From the NCBI GenBank assembly GCA_002633275.1, contig NWBO01000165.1:11015-75014 (forward strand): 64,000 bases of DNA, read 5' to 3'. The position numbers and the translations under genes were made by a program. The notes beneath the pieces were generated by a model. It saw only the letters and a program-made list of their open reading frames with translations. It was not told where the DNA came from and searched no databases. Within the stretch, counting starts at the first letter, position 1. Every line of letters begins with the position of its first letter. Origin of the DNA: Bacteroidales bacterium Phil12. GTDB lineage: Bacteria > Bacteroidota > Bacteroidia > Bacteroidales > P3. Of this stretch, positions 16,287-26,169 are shown piece by piece.

Positions 16287-17175
16287 CTAACGCCTTTTTC
16301 CCCTCAGATAGTCATTCAGGTCTTTGTAGTTGTAGTAGTTTTTAAAGTGGTCGATTACCTTTATCCTGTAAAGTCCGGCAATGGTCTCGACGGTCTTTTG
16401 CCCGGCGAGGTCGTTATCCAGATAACAATGGATGAAAATATATTGCTCCAGCTCCAGAAGACACTTTTTCAAGTTGCTTACGGAGTTCATCACAAGAAAA
16501 TCGGTCGGGATGTCAACACATACGTGGTAATCTCCCTTTTTATGCAACATTAGATAAGAGAGGAAATCCACAAACCCCTCAAAAACGCAGACGTGTCTTT
16601 GGATGACATCCCTGTTGTATCTGATGACGGATATGTCCTTGCCTTTGATACATCCTTTTATAATAAGGATTGCGGACTTCGTAACCGCCCTTGATGTTCT
16701 CAAAGGCTATGGCAAAATAGTGCCGTTTGCGCAGTTCATAGTGTATCTCCTTACAATAGGTTCTGCCGACTTCTTCACTTATGCCCCTTGAACGCAGATA
16801 AGAGAGCAGGGCGTAGTGGTTCAAATCCACCACTTCCACATTCTCCATCTCATCTTCGACAGGGCAGGGTCGGACGGTTCGGCTCTGCAACTGTTGTCCC
16901 GGCACACCAATGGCATTCTCGCTGATACGCAGCAGTACCGTACTTACATTGCTTGTTTTATAGAGGTATTTCCCAAGTTCTATGATGTCCCCACCGGCAG
17001 AAAGTCCAAAGTCGTACCATTCGTTGAGATTGTCATTGACTTTGAAAGACGGGGTGCGTTCCTCCCTTAGCGGCGAGAGATACCAATACTGATAGCCCCT
17101 GACATTGACAGGGTGGTGGCCGGCTATACGCAGATATTCCACAAGCCGTATTTGTTTTGCTTCGTTGATGTTCAT
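16287..17175 (-). pseudogene. Toprim-domain DNA primase-like protein with a +1 frameshift
   Basis: ORFs 16579..17175 and 16287..16703 overlap in different frames. Removing one base from the T4 run at 16656-16659 (A4 on the coding strand) gives ..GGYEVRNPYYKGCIKGKDISVIRYN..VFEGFVDFLS..YLDNDLAG (toprim DxD). Confidence 0.7.
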
Positions 17176-17304
17176 TTTAGTATGGTTTACTTATATATAC
17201 CCACAAACTAAACCATACCGGTTAGAGGTGGAATGAAGGATTATAGGAATAGGTACGGCCGTTTTTTTTAATGGCATGATGTTCCAACAGAAATTTACAC
17301 AAGT

Positions 17305-18294
17305 TTACCAGTGTGTTTCTTCCTCGTGAATACCCAATGCTCTCGTATCCTTTTTTAGAGCCTCAAGCAGAGACTGATAGCCATATTCCGCACTTTCTGC
17401 GAAGGTTGACTCCAGGGCAGTTCGGTGTTGCTGCTCGGTCATATCTGTATAGGAAGTCAGTCTGTCCATTTTGTTCTTTTTGAATTGGTGTTCTTTTACC
17501 AGGTGCGGGAGGGAGTCTTCTCCAATTTCAAAAGCAAAAGGTGTAAATTCCCGGTCTCTTATGTGCATGGCTCTTACCTCACTGATTTTCCCATTTTCAT
17601 TGTTTTTTGATATTTGCAAGATAGTCTCGGCCTTATTGTTCAGTTCTGTTCCGATATGCCCTCTAGTATTGTCATCCCCTTTGTTTAGGTGTAACACGGT
17701 GTGGATGTGCAGCTCGTAATAACTTGACCATCTCATCAGTTCGTTGATAATGTCAAGAGATTCACTGGGACTGTTTATGTCATGGATCAGATCACGGATG
17801 CCGTCAATGATTACGAGTCCTATGTGTTGTTCTTCGTGGAGTGCCCATCGTATAATGTCTCTCCTTTGGTCAGGAGTGTATTCTCGCAGAACCAGAAACT
17901 GGATATTGTCGTTTTCTTGGTCGGTAGGCAGTCCTGCCAGTTTAAGGATTCGATGAAGCACTTTGTGGCAATGGCACTTGCTTTGTTCTGTGTCGATGTA
18001 TAAGATTCTATTCTTGCAAGATGGCAGTTCTGCTTTGTACTTCAGAATCTCCTTTCCGGAAAGAGCCGATGCGACAATGGCACTGACATTGAATGTCTTT
18101 TTGCTTTTGGGTTTACCGGTGGAAGCACTGAAATTTCCTATCGTGGCAACGGTAACACCGTCTATTTGTCCGATTTCCTGTGGAAACTCATACTTTTCGG
18201 TAACACTCAGCCGGAGCCGGATATATTTCAGCAAAGACTTGTATTTTGCTTCGTCTATCCGGTAATTATGGGGTTGCATCATATCTGCTTGCAT
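17305..18294 (-). CDS. AAA/RecA-like ATPase (RepA/DnaB-like, AAA_25 type)
   Basis: ..NFSASTGKPKSKKTF (Walker A-like) ..GLVIIDGIRDL (Walker B) ..HIHTVLHLNKG. It lies adjacent to the primase. Confidence 0.7.
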   Translation of the reverse strand: MQADMMQPHNYRIDEAKYKSLLKYIRLRLSVTEKYEFPQEIGQIDGVTVATIGNFSASTGKPKSKKTFNVSAIVASALSGKEILKYKAELPSCKNRILYIDTEQSKCHCHKVLHRILKLAGLPTDQENDNIQFLVLREYTPDQRRDIIRWALHEEQHIGLVIIDGIRDLIHDINSPSESLDIINELMRWSSYYELHIHTVLHLNKGDDNTRGHIGTELNNKAETILQISKNNENGKISEVRAMHIRDREFTPFAFEIGEDSLPHLVKEHQFKKNKMDRLTSYTDMTEQQHRTALESTFAESAEYGYQSLLEALKKDTRALGIHEEETHW

Positions 18295-18740
18295 TATTTT
18301 CGGCCTCCTTTTGTTGGTTTGTTCTTATTCTTCTTATCCAAGGCATAAGCAATGATATTTGCTTGCCTTTCAATCTCGCTATTGGAGAAGGAAGGGTTGC
18401 GTTTTATACATTGATTCAGGTCGTCTCTGAGAATGAAGATATTTTTCCCATTTGGTTTATATACGGTAAGCTCTTTTAGCATGGTCAGCTTATAAACGTA
18501 CCCTTTGGACACTTGTAGATAAGCTGCCACTTCGTCTATATTGAGAAAATCTTTTGCCGTATAAGCGATTTTCTCCACATTCCCAAGATGGGTTAGCAAT
18601 TCGTCCAAAGATCCGAATCGTTTCAGGAAATTTTCAACTCTCAATATTTCTTGCTGGAAGTTTTCCAAGGAATTGTCTTCAAGGAGCGATTTCAGTCCCT
18701 CCATGCGAGAGAGTAATAAATCTATTTCTTTTCTGTTCAT
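18294..18740 (-). CDS. Xis-like HTH_17 DNA-binding protein
   Basis: ..IDEVAAYLQVSKGYVYKLTMLKELTVYKPNGKNIFILRDDL.. The start at 18740 (MNRKEID) forms an ATGA overlap with the upstream paralog's stop. Confidence 0.6.
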   Translation of the reverse strand: MNRKEIDLLLSRMEGLKSLLEDNSLENFQQEILRVENFLKRFGSLDELLTHLGNVEKIAYTAKDFLNIDEVAAYLQVSKGYVYKLTMLKELTVYKPNGKNIFILRDDLNQCIKRNPSFSNSEIERQANIIAYALDKKNKNKPTKGGRK

Positions 18741-19132
18741 ATTTTTTCTCCTGTTATAGTGGCTGGTTGTCCGACTGTTTGTACTTGATTTCTCATTGCC
18801 CATTCGCAAAGTTCTTTTCGATTGAAATACATCAATTTGCCGTTGGGCTTGTAATGCGGTATTTGTTTGAGTGAAGTGAGCTTGTAGATATAGCTTTCGG
18901 ACAAACCGAGATAAGCGGAGGCTTCAGCGGTAGTCAGCACCTCTTTGACAGCCCAAATACGTTCTTTCAACTGTATTATGTAATTCTCGATGGTTTGGAT
19001 TTTATCCACTTCGTTAATCTTTTGTTCCAACGTCTGGAGCCGTTCAAAGGGTTTCTCCGATGCCATCATGGAAATCATGTTCTCCATCTTGGAGAGCATC
19101 TTGTTTTCATTTGCCGTTCTTCGATGTCTCAT
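18737..19132 (-). CDS. Xis-like HTH_17 DNA-binding protein, paralog of the previous entry
   Basis: ..TAEASAYLGLSESYIYKLTSLKQIPHYKPNGKLMYFNRKEL.. Confidence 0.6.
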   Translation of the reverse strand: MRHRRTANENKMLSKMENMISMMASEKPFERLQTLEQKINEVDKIQTIENYIIQLKERIWAVKEVLTTAEASAYLGLSESYIYKLTSLKQIPHYKPNGKLMYFNRKELCEWAMRNQVQTVGQPATITGEKI

Positions 19133-19290
19133 TGATTGATGTTGTTAAATTTGACAATAGGAGGTATACCCTCCGTGGGTAATCGATTGCGGAGGGCAAA
19201 GGTAGATAAGTGTATTTACTTGATTATGTTGAGATTATTGAGTATCAACACAACTCTCAATACTATTCTCAACAAACCGTCATTCCTTTG

Positions 19291-19884
19291 TTACACTTCT
19301 CTGCTTTTGATTAGAACGATGTACTTGTCTATGGTTGCCAAAAACTGCTTGTCAGCGACATTTGGGGTCGTGTCTTTTATGCGATTGAGGGTGGACGACA
19401 TATCGTGCTGGGTCAGGTGTTTCTTTCCTGAAGAACTGATGATAAGTCGTTTCCTGGCAATTACGGACTGCCAATTATAGCTTATCACATCGTGTGAAGC
19501 CAGTTTGTCCAACAGCAATACCAACCTGGTATTGTTCTTGGAGGCTACAGTCAGTAAGGTGTCTTTTGCATAACGGCCGGCAACATCGTCTGCATTCAAG
19601 ACCTCCTTAAACAAACAGACCTCATTGGCGAGTTGCACAATGAGGTCAAGGGTATGTCTGTCAAGCAATGGCTCAGTAGAAAAATTGAAATCACTCAATA
19701 CCGAAATTCCCGAACTGGTTTGGTTGGGTTCAATAGGTGTAATGGTATTCTGCAGGTCAGCGGTATAAAAATCGTCAAGAAGCATCGAGAAACCGCTTTG
19801 AATGGATAAAGTCAAGCACATAACGCCTGTAACTTTTTTGTCGTGTTGCGACTTCTTCCTTGTAAGATACTTGGGCTTGTTCAA
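19291..19884 (-). CDS. Hypothetical protein
   Basis: 197-aa ORF. The track start is a TTG; the first ATG is at 19821. No motif recognised. Confidence 0.4.
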   Translation of the reverse strand: MNKPKYLTRKKSQHDKKVTGVMCLTLSIQSGFSMLLDDFYTADLQNTITPIEPNQTSSGISVLSDFNFSTEPLLDRHTLDLIVQLANEVCLFKEVLNADDVAGRYAKDTLLTVASKNNTRLVLLLDKLASHDVISYNWQSVIARKRLIISSSGKKHLTQHDMSSTLNRIKDTTPNVADKQFLATIDKYIVLIKSREV

Positions 19885-20097
19885 CCAACCAGAATAGCCC
19901 TTCTTTATCGGTCTGCGCTGGTGTTCCTTGAAAACCGCGCATCGCTCTTTTCAAAAAGAGAGAGGTGCAAAGATAATTTCTTTGTCATAAAATAATGTAT
20001 TAAGTACTAACGCTAACCTCCATGGAGGATGCTGTATCTTTTTCCTTGCTACTAAGATAGTTGTCTGCAATGGTCTTTAAGCGGATGTCGTATGTTT

Positions 20098-21532
20098 CTA
20101 ATAATCCTTTTTTTTTACGATAAAACGGAAATTGCTATCCATACTCTCTCTGTTAGGTGCTTTACCGTTTTGCAAACGGAAACAATTCATGCACTTCACC
20201 CATACATCATAGGGATTGTGTGGCTTAAAGGCCAAATGAACGAAGTACATAAGTCGAGACTGGGTCTTCATCCATACTATCGGTCGCTCAAATTCTGTTT
20301 CATCAAAAAATCCCTTTGAATGCGGCAAATGTCGTATCGGCAGCAATATATCCGCCATCAAGCAGTGCAGAGAACATTGAATGTATCTCTTCTTCGCTAT
20401 TTGGTGTATGGAATACAACTTTACTCGTATGTATAAGCCGTTCATCTGTAGCTTCTTCATCAGGTGTATTTTCGATGTGATTGAATTTGTCACAAATAGC
20501 TTTTAATTGGACATCATACCTATCCAGCCATCCTGCTCGCTTAATCGAACTATAACCCGACACAAAACAAGCTTTGTGCGGAGTGCGTCCATTTATACTG
20601 AAACAACATTCTCCTTTTATCCACAAGTCTTTCTTGTTGAATTTGTAGAATGCCTGATAGACAAAAAAAGATAACTGCCGTTGCGTTTTCATCCATTCTA
20701 CAGGCTTACAGAATTTTGCCTTGTCGAAGATGCCGGCAAATGTTTCAATTTCAGTCTCTGAAGCAATGTATTTATTATATTTTATCAAGTCCCGGTACAG
20801 TTCTTTTATATCTTCTTCATCTTGCGGTGTATAGAAAGTTCCCGTCTTGTGTACAGGCTCAAATTCAGTAAAGTCAACTTCCGGATAGAGGGCTTTAGTC
20901 GTTTCGTAAAGTCTCGTATTGTACCTCGGAACACGCCAAGTGCTGAATCGCTTTCCATTTTCCCTTTTCCATTGTTTTTCAAAATAGACGTATGTGTTGG
21001 GAAAACTGCATATAGTAGATACGGCATAGGCGATTACTTTCAGTTGTATCGGTTTCGTTTGCGGTTCCGGCTGATAGTGTTCATCCAAGAGACCGGCACG
21101 TATGGCTCTTTTTAATAATGTAGCCACCTGTTCATTGGCCAAAGGCTCTATCAAATCTTTATATTCGCCTTTCAACTCTTCTTCTTGTCTTTCGCAAAGC
21201 GACAGCAAAGATTGCATATTTTCCGCATAACAGTCCATTATCTTGACGTATGCAGAATCGATTTCCTGCCTGTGGCTTTGTACATAGTTTACCACCGGGG
21301 TAGTAAATTCGTTGTTTGCGATAAGGCCGGCCAAAAGAGGAGAGGGGGCTTGTTCCATATATTGACAGATCTCTTCCGCCCATTTCCCGATATTCGTCCA
21401 CGAAGAGTCAAGTGCTTCAAATTCTATTTCATCATCCAGATCCAGCTGGCTTTTCATTTCGCCTACGATTCGGGTAATCTTCGTTATCTTTATAACGGTT
21501 TCTTGTCTTGTCATAAGCGCAGGTTTAATCAA
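20098..21532 (-). pseudogene. Hypothetical ~478-aa protein with two copies of a ~100-aa module, interrupted by a +1 frameshift
   Basis: ORF 20303..21532 ends ..AAFKGIF*. ORF 20098..20493 continues ..FDETEFERPIVWMKTQSRLMYFVHLAF.., colinear with the internal copy ..ETFAGIFDKAKFCKPVEWMKTQRQLSFFVYQAF.. The frames rejoin if one base is removed from the A6 run at 20305-20310. Confidence 0.55.
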
Positions 21533-22685
21533 TGTTAGGAATCAACGATACAGCATTCTGCTTGTTTTTGTCAAGTACCTTTGCGTAAATTTGTGTTGTG
21601 GCCAGCTCTTTGTGTCCTAAAAGTTTTGATACGGTGTAGATGTCTGCACCCAGGTCAAGCATAAGCACGGCGAAGATGTGCCGCCCGCAGTGGAAGGTCA
21701 AATTCTTATTGATGTTGGCAGCCATACTCCAACGCTATAATTCCAATGAAGTCCAAGCTCCGTATGTAAATCCGGTAAAGACAGGATCTTCCGGGTTGCC
21801 TCTTTCGCCAAGGTATTTTTCTGCTTGTGGGGAGATGTCAAGATACTCCTGTCCGCCTGTCTTTTTCTGCTTGAATACGATTCGCGTATAGTCTCCGAAT
21901 TTTTGAACCTCGCTCCACGTGAGCTTCTGGATATCGCTTTTACGAAGTCCTGTCAGGCACGAAAAGAGAAAGGCTCTTTTAAGAATGGGATAACGGCATG
22001 GGGTGGCAGCCAACTGTTTTACCTCTTCCAAAGTCAGGTAGTCCCGTTTGACTTCCGCTGCTTTGAATCCCTCGATCCCACGCAGGGGATTTACCGGTAT
22101 AATCCTTTCATCGTATGCCTGGTTGATGCAGGCACGGAGCTTGTTGAAATAAGAGACCTTTGAATTTTGGGACAAACCTTGGAACACGTCTCTTTCCCTA
22201 CGTGGACCGGTTCGCTTGTGAGTGTCTTTCTCCACGTTGTTCAAAAAATCCTTGAAGCCGTTTATAAACTCCGGAGTAATGTCTTTGAATGTGGTTTTCT
22301 CATCACAATATATCTCAAGATAACGCAAGCAACTTCTCCAGTTACCCCAGTTGCCCTCAGATTCCGGATTCTTGTGTCTGTCTTCAACCATTTTGCGATA
22401 GTATTCCAAAAAAGGAGTGTCCTCTTTGAATTGGTGGGTAAAAGAATACTCACCGTTCTGCATTTCAATAAGCCGTTTGGATTTGATTGCCTGTGCAGTT
22501 GCCAATGTTTGTTTGTTCTGCTCACGCTCCATGGGAGTAGTGGCTTCGATCAGATAAAGTTTCAAATACTCTTTCTGACGTTTCCCATTCCTGTAGATGT
22601 CGAGATACAAGCTCACGTTACCGTTTGCCAACTTCTTTTCCCGTAGTTTTACAGGTTCTTTTTGGATTGTTGTTTTTTTAGTCAT
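21525..22685 (-). pseudogene. IntDOT-like tyrosine integrase of the CTn with an in-frame TAG
   Basis: 21735..22685 (316 aa, ..YGAWTSLEL*) and 21525..21725 (MAANINKNLTFHCGRHIFAV..LLGHKELATTQIYAKV) are in the same frame. They are separated only by TAG (21735-21737) plus RWS. The catalytic HxxR, H and Y all lie after the stop. Confidence 0.85.
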
Positions 22686-22740
22686 AGCCTGTTCCTATTT
22701 TAATGAGAAATGTGATTTATTGTCTCCGGGGGACGGAATT

Positions 22741-22780
22741 TTGTCCCTCGTGTCCCTTACGGGGGACAATCTGGGGACAA
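22741..22780. repeat. Nested inverted repeats TTGTCCC/TGTCCC ... GGGGACA/GGGGACAA upstream of the CTn integrase
   Basis: TTGTCCC (22741-47), TGTCCC (22751-56), GGGGACAA (22762-69), GGGGACAA (22773-80). A further TTGTCTCC-GGGGGAC lies at 22720-22733. Confidence 0.6.
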
Positions 22781-22822
22781 AAATACAAAAAAATATGAAA
22801 ACAGGCAGAAAATACGAAGAGA

Positions 22823-22888
22823 AAGAGAAAATATAAATTCTCTGAAAGTTATTGATTTTACACACTTTATAACTTTATATTTTCTCTT
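22823..22888. repeat. Perfect 14-bp inverted repeat AAGAGAAAATATAA / TTATATTTTCTCTT with a 38-bp spacer, at the CTn-chromosome transition
   Basis: Arms at 22823-22836 and 22875-22888. It lies between the CTn integrase promoter region and the mnmE stop (22912). Confidence 0.5.
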
Positions 22889-22911
22889 TTTATGCTTTTC
22901 TTTTCTCTGGG

Positions 22912-24381
22912 TTACTTGCCGATGCAAAACTTATCGAATATGTTGTTTAGTATGTCGGTGTCGGTGATTTCGCCGGTGATTGTACCGATATGGTGCATTG
23001 CACAGCGAATATTCTCGCTTATTAAATCCGATGAAATGCCGTCAAGTGCAGCACGCCTTGCCTCAATAACCTCTTTCAAGGCGTTGTTCAACGCATTGTA
23101 GTGTCTGATATTGCTAACAAAAACCTTTGAATTTACATCGTTCGCAACGAAATCTTTCGTTATCGCATCGAAAATATCCTCAATACCCTGAGAGTTCTTT
23201 GCACTGATAAACACAGCCCCTTTATTTCTCAACGTATCTTTGTCTTTAACGCTTAAATTAGATATATCCTCCTTGTTAATTACAAGAATTACTTTCTTAT
23301 CTTTTCGATTTATACTCTCAATTTCATTATTTACTGCCTCGCTATCGCAATCTATCTCTTGCTGCAAAAACTTCAACTGATAATCTATCGACGCCATATC
23401 GTCCAACGAAGAATCCACAAGATACAAAACAACTTCCGCCCTTTGTATTGCTTGAAACGAACGCTTTATTCCCTCCTGCTCTATCTCATTATCGCTTTGC
23501 CTGATGCCGGCCGTATCAATAAACCTCACCGCTATGTCATTCACATTAATAGTTTCTTCAACCGTATCGCGAGTTGTACCCTCTATTGCCGACACAATAC
23601 TGCGGTTGTCCTTTAATATAGCGTTCATCAACGTGGATTTGCCACTGTTGGGCTTACCTGCAATAGCCACCGGCACACCTTTACGAAAAGCATTGCCTTG
23701 CGAAAACGTGGCAACCAACATCTCCAATCTCTGCCGGGCTATATCCAATTGGCTAATCAAATCTTTTCTATTCACAAACACTTCATGTTCTTCCGAAAAG
23801 TCTATCTCCAACTCCAACAACGAAGCAATCTTCAAAAACTTCTCACGTAATGCTTTCAACTCCTCATTATATCCGCCCCTCAATTGATTTATCGCCAAAT
23901 CATGCGAAGAAACATTACCCGACTGAATTAAATCGGCAACTGCCTCGGCTTGCGACAAATTCATCTTGCCATTAAGAAAAGCTCTCATAGAAAACTCGCC
24001 TTTGTCCGCCATTCTTGCACCTTTGTCAATGAGAAGTTGAAGAATTTCTTGTCTTATAAACAAACTGCCATGATGTGATATTTCAATCGTATCTTCGCCG
24101 GTAAATGAATGCGGAGCCTTAAAAACACTGACCACCACCTCATCAACAATTTTTTCTTCCTTATATATAGTGCCAAAATACAGAGTATTTGCCTTCGCAA
24201 TATCCTTAAACATCGCTTGACTGTTGTTAAACATTATTTTTCTCTTATTAAACGGCACAAAAACCTCATTAGCAATATCCAATGCCCTTTGCCCTGACAT
24301 CCTTATCACGCCTATTGCCGAAACTACATTGCCTGTTGCAGGTGCAACTATCGTATCTTGTAAATTCATCGCCTTTATCAT
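22912..24381 (-). CDS. mnmE: tRNA uridine-5-carboxymethylaminomethyl modification GTPase MnmE
   Basis: DTIVAPATGNVVSAIGVIRMSG.., G-domain AIAGKPNSGKSTLMN..DTAG.., and a C-terminal ..FDKFCIGK. The TAnnTTTG box at 24396-24403 supports the 24381 start. Confidence 0.9.
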   Translation of the reverse strand: MIKAMNLQDTIVAPATGNVVSAIGVIRMSGQRALDIANEVFVPFNKRKIMFNNSQAMFKDIAKANTLYFGTIYKEEKIVDEVVVSVFKAPHSFTGEDTIEISHHGSLFIRQEILQLLIDKGARMADKGEFSMRAFLNGKMNLSQAEAVADLIQSGNVSSHDLAINQLRGGYNEELKALREKFLKIASLLELEIDFSEEHEVFVNRKDLISQLDIARQRLEMLVATFSQGNAFRKGVPVAIAGKPNSGKSTLMNAILKDNRSIVSAIEGTTRDTVEETINVNDIAVRFIDTAGIRQSDNEIEQEGIKRSFQAIQRAEVVLYLVDSSLDDMASIDYQLKFLQQEIDCDSEAVNNEIESINRKDKKVILVINKEDISNLSVKDKDTLRNKGAVFISAKNSQGIEDIFDAITKDFVANDVNSKVFVSNIRHYNALNNALKEVIEARRAALDGISSDLISENIRCAMHHIGTITGEITDTDILNNIFDKFCIGK

Positions 24382-24395
24382 AAACTATTTCAAGG

Positions 24396-24403
24396 CAAAA
24401 TTA
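24396..24403 (-). promoter_or_regulatory. -7 box TAATTTTG for mnmE
   Basis: The reverse complement of CAAAATTA matches TAnnTTTG. It lies 15 nt upstream of the ATG. Confidence 0.45.
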
Positions 24404-24515
24404 CGAAAAATGCCCGTATTGGCTTTGCTTGGCAAGAGAATTTTCATTTATTTCCTTTCATTTATTAAAATCAAAATACTTATATATGAGTATTGGCTAT
24501 ATAATTTTAATATCT

Positions 24516-24523
24516 TACTTTTG
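24516..24523 (+). promoter_or_regulatory. -7 box TACTTTTG for the permease gene
   Basis: TAnnTTTG match followed by C, 30 nt upstream of the ATG at 24554. Confidence 0.45.
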
Positions 24524-24553
24524 CAAATTGAAAATTTTATAGGAACAATCATC

Positions 24554-25834
24554 ATGAACATAAATGAATTTTTCTCCTCGTTTCTTATGATTATAAACGA
24601 GATGAGCCCATATCTTTTGTTGGGCTTTTTGATTGCAGGCATTCTGCACGTATTTGTACCGAAGAAGTTCTACAAAAAATATCTTTCCTCTAACAATAAA
24701 TTCTCCGTGCTTTGGGCTGCTATACTTGGCGTACCGCTTCCGCTCTGCTCGTGCGGAGTTATACCAACCGCTATCGGACTTAAAAACGAAAACGCCTCCA
24801 AAGGTGCAGTCGCTTCCTTTCTTATCGCAACCCCACAGACAGGTATTGATTCCATATTGGCTACTTTCTCCGTTATGGGCTTAGGTTTTGCAATCATACG
24901 TCCCGTTGCCGCCCTTATCACCGGCATCTGCGGCGGCTTGCTCATAAATAAGTATGTTACAACCTCATCTTCCGCTTCATCTGCCCCTACTTCTTGCTCC
25001 ATATCCACCGAAAAACATAGCGAAAAAGCCGATAACATCTTACGAAAACTCTACAAAGTGTTTCGATATGCTTACTTTGATATGATACAAAACATAGGTT
25101 TGCGTTTAATCATCGGACTTTTACTCGCTGCGTTGATAAATATCGCCATTCCCGATGAGTTTTTCTTACATTTTGGTTCGCAACCGCTGTTGCAGATGCT
25201 TATCATCTTGCTTATCGCAGTGCCGATGTATATCTGTTCAACGGGAAGCATACCCGTTGCAACGGCATTAATACTCAAAGGCCTTTCCCCCGCAGCGGCG
25301 TTAGTGATGCTTATGGCAGGCCCTGCCGTCAATCTCGCATCCATACTCGTAGTAAAAAAATCCTTAGGCGGCAAATTCACTTGGATATACTTGCTTACAA
25401 TCATCATCGGCTCAATTTTCTTCGGTTTCCTTATAGATATTATCGGCATAACGCCGCAAATATCCGTTGGCGACGCCTCTTGCTGCACAGATATGGGACA
25501 AACGACACATCAGCCTTACATTTGGAGAACTTTATGCTCAATATTGTTAGTTATATTCATAATCTACGCTTTGACGATGAAGTTTTTGGATAAATTCAAG
25601 ACTACAAAAACATCTTCCACCGAAGCCAACGCACCAAAAGTAACGATATACAATGTTGATGGTATGCACTGCAATCACTGTAAGCGAGCAGTAGAAGAAG
25701 CCGTTCTTAAAGTCAAAGGGGTGCAAGAGGTGCAAGCAAATGTTTCAGCCCACACTTTAACCGTTACAGGCAATGCCAAGGCAAAGGATGTACAGCAAGC
25801 CGTTGAAAGTGCCGGTTTTGATTTTTTGTCTTAG
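24554..25834 (+). CDS. Multi-pass permease (DUF318/ArsP-like, SO_0444-type putative metal transporter) with a C-terminal heavy-metal-associated (HMA) domain
   Basis: ..GVPLPLCSCGVIPTA.. and ..MYICSTGSIPVATAL.. permease repeats. The C-terminus has IYNVDGMHCNHCKRAVEEAV (MxCxxC). The track start at 24224 overlaps mnmE antisense and was rejected. Confidence 0.8.
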   Translation: MNINEFFSSFLMIINEMSPYLLLGFLIAGILHVFVPKKFYKKYLSSNNKFSVLWAAILGVPLPLCSCGVIPTAIGLKNENASKGAVASFLIATPQTGIDSILATFSVMGLGFAIIRPVAALITGICGGLLINKYVTTSSSASSAPTSCSISTEKHSEKADNILRKLYKVFRYAYFDMIQNIGLRLIIGLLLAALINIAIPDEFFLHFGSQPLLQMLIILLIAVPMYICSTGSIPVATALILKGLSPAAALVMLMAGPAVNLASILVVKKSLGGKFTWIYLLTIIIGSIFFGFLIDIIGITPQISVGDASCCTDMGQTTHQPYIWRTLCSILLVIFIIYALTMKFLDKFKTTKTSSTEANAPKVTIYNVDGMHCNHCKRAVEEAVLKVKGVQEVQANVSAHTLTVTGNAKAKDVQQAVESAGFDFLS

Positions 25835-26042
25835 AGACGTGCGACACATCTTGAAATTAGCGTGATTTATACAAAAACATAAGTATCTTTAACGCTAACT
25901 TCAAGCGAATAAATGCAAATCTAAGGCGGCAAGCCCAAAAGTTCAAAATAGAAATACAAATTTATAGGTATCGTTCAGATTGAGCATTGAAAATATTTAA
26001 TTTTCATTGGCAGAGGATTTGTTTTTTCGGCAGCGAATTTCA

Positions 26043-26169
26043 GAAAGTCGGCTTGTAATTTCGGAAACATCAATGCGGACTACTCAAAAAAGCCCCTTTT
26101 TTACCTCAAAAAACCACCTTTTTTACCCTAAAAAAGCCCCTTTTTTGACATCTCCGAAGCCGACTTTTC
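26043..26169. repeat. Composite structured element: imperfect inverted repeats flanking three tandem 22-bp A6-N5-T6 hairpin units
   Basis: Units are CTCAAAAAAGCCCCTTTTTTAC (26083-26104), CTCAAAAAACCACCTTTTTTAC (26105-26126) and CCTAAAAAAGCCCCTTTTTTGAC (26127-26149). The flanks are GAAAGTCGGCTT (26043-54) and AAGCCGACTTTT (26157-68). Confidence 0.7.

Larger units (their letters stand above)
1..22800. mobile_element. Right-hand portion of a Bacteroides-type conjugative transposon (CTn). The left end lies beyond the window. The right boundary is approximate, somewhere in 22790-22890 next to the mnmE 3' end.
   Basis: Contains traG/traF/traE, a primase/ATPase module, Xis-like HTH genes and a terminal IntDOT-like integrase, all on the minus strand. 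It is visibly higher in G+C than the chromosome from 22.9 kb onward. The composition drops sharply after ~22790. Confidence 0.8.

Noticed and set aside
17180-17218. 10-bp inverted repeat GTATGGTTTA..TAAACCATAC, and the ACGGCCGT+T8 motif at about 17254-17270, between the ATPase and primase genes
   Set aside because: These are plausibly ordinary intergenic hairpins. The orientation of the T tract does not fit the minus-strand genes, and there is nothing else to support a specific function.
21525-21725. 66-aa ORF as an independent small gene
   Set aside because: It is the in-frame C-terminal catalytic segment of the integrase interrupted by TAG at 21735-21737.
24224-24553. N-terminal 110 codons of the track ORF 24224..25834
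   Set aside because: This stretch overlaps the mnmE 5' end on the opposite strand and crosses the intergenic promoter region. The permease homology and a TAnnTTTG box support the ATG at 24554.
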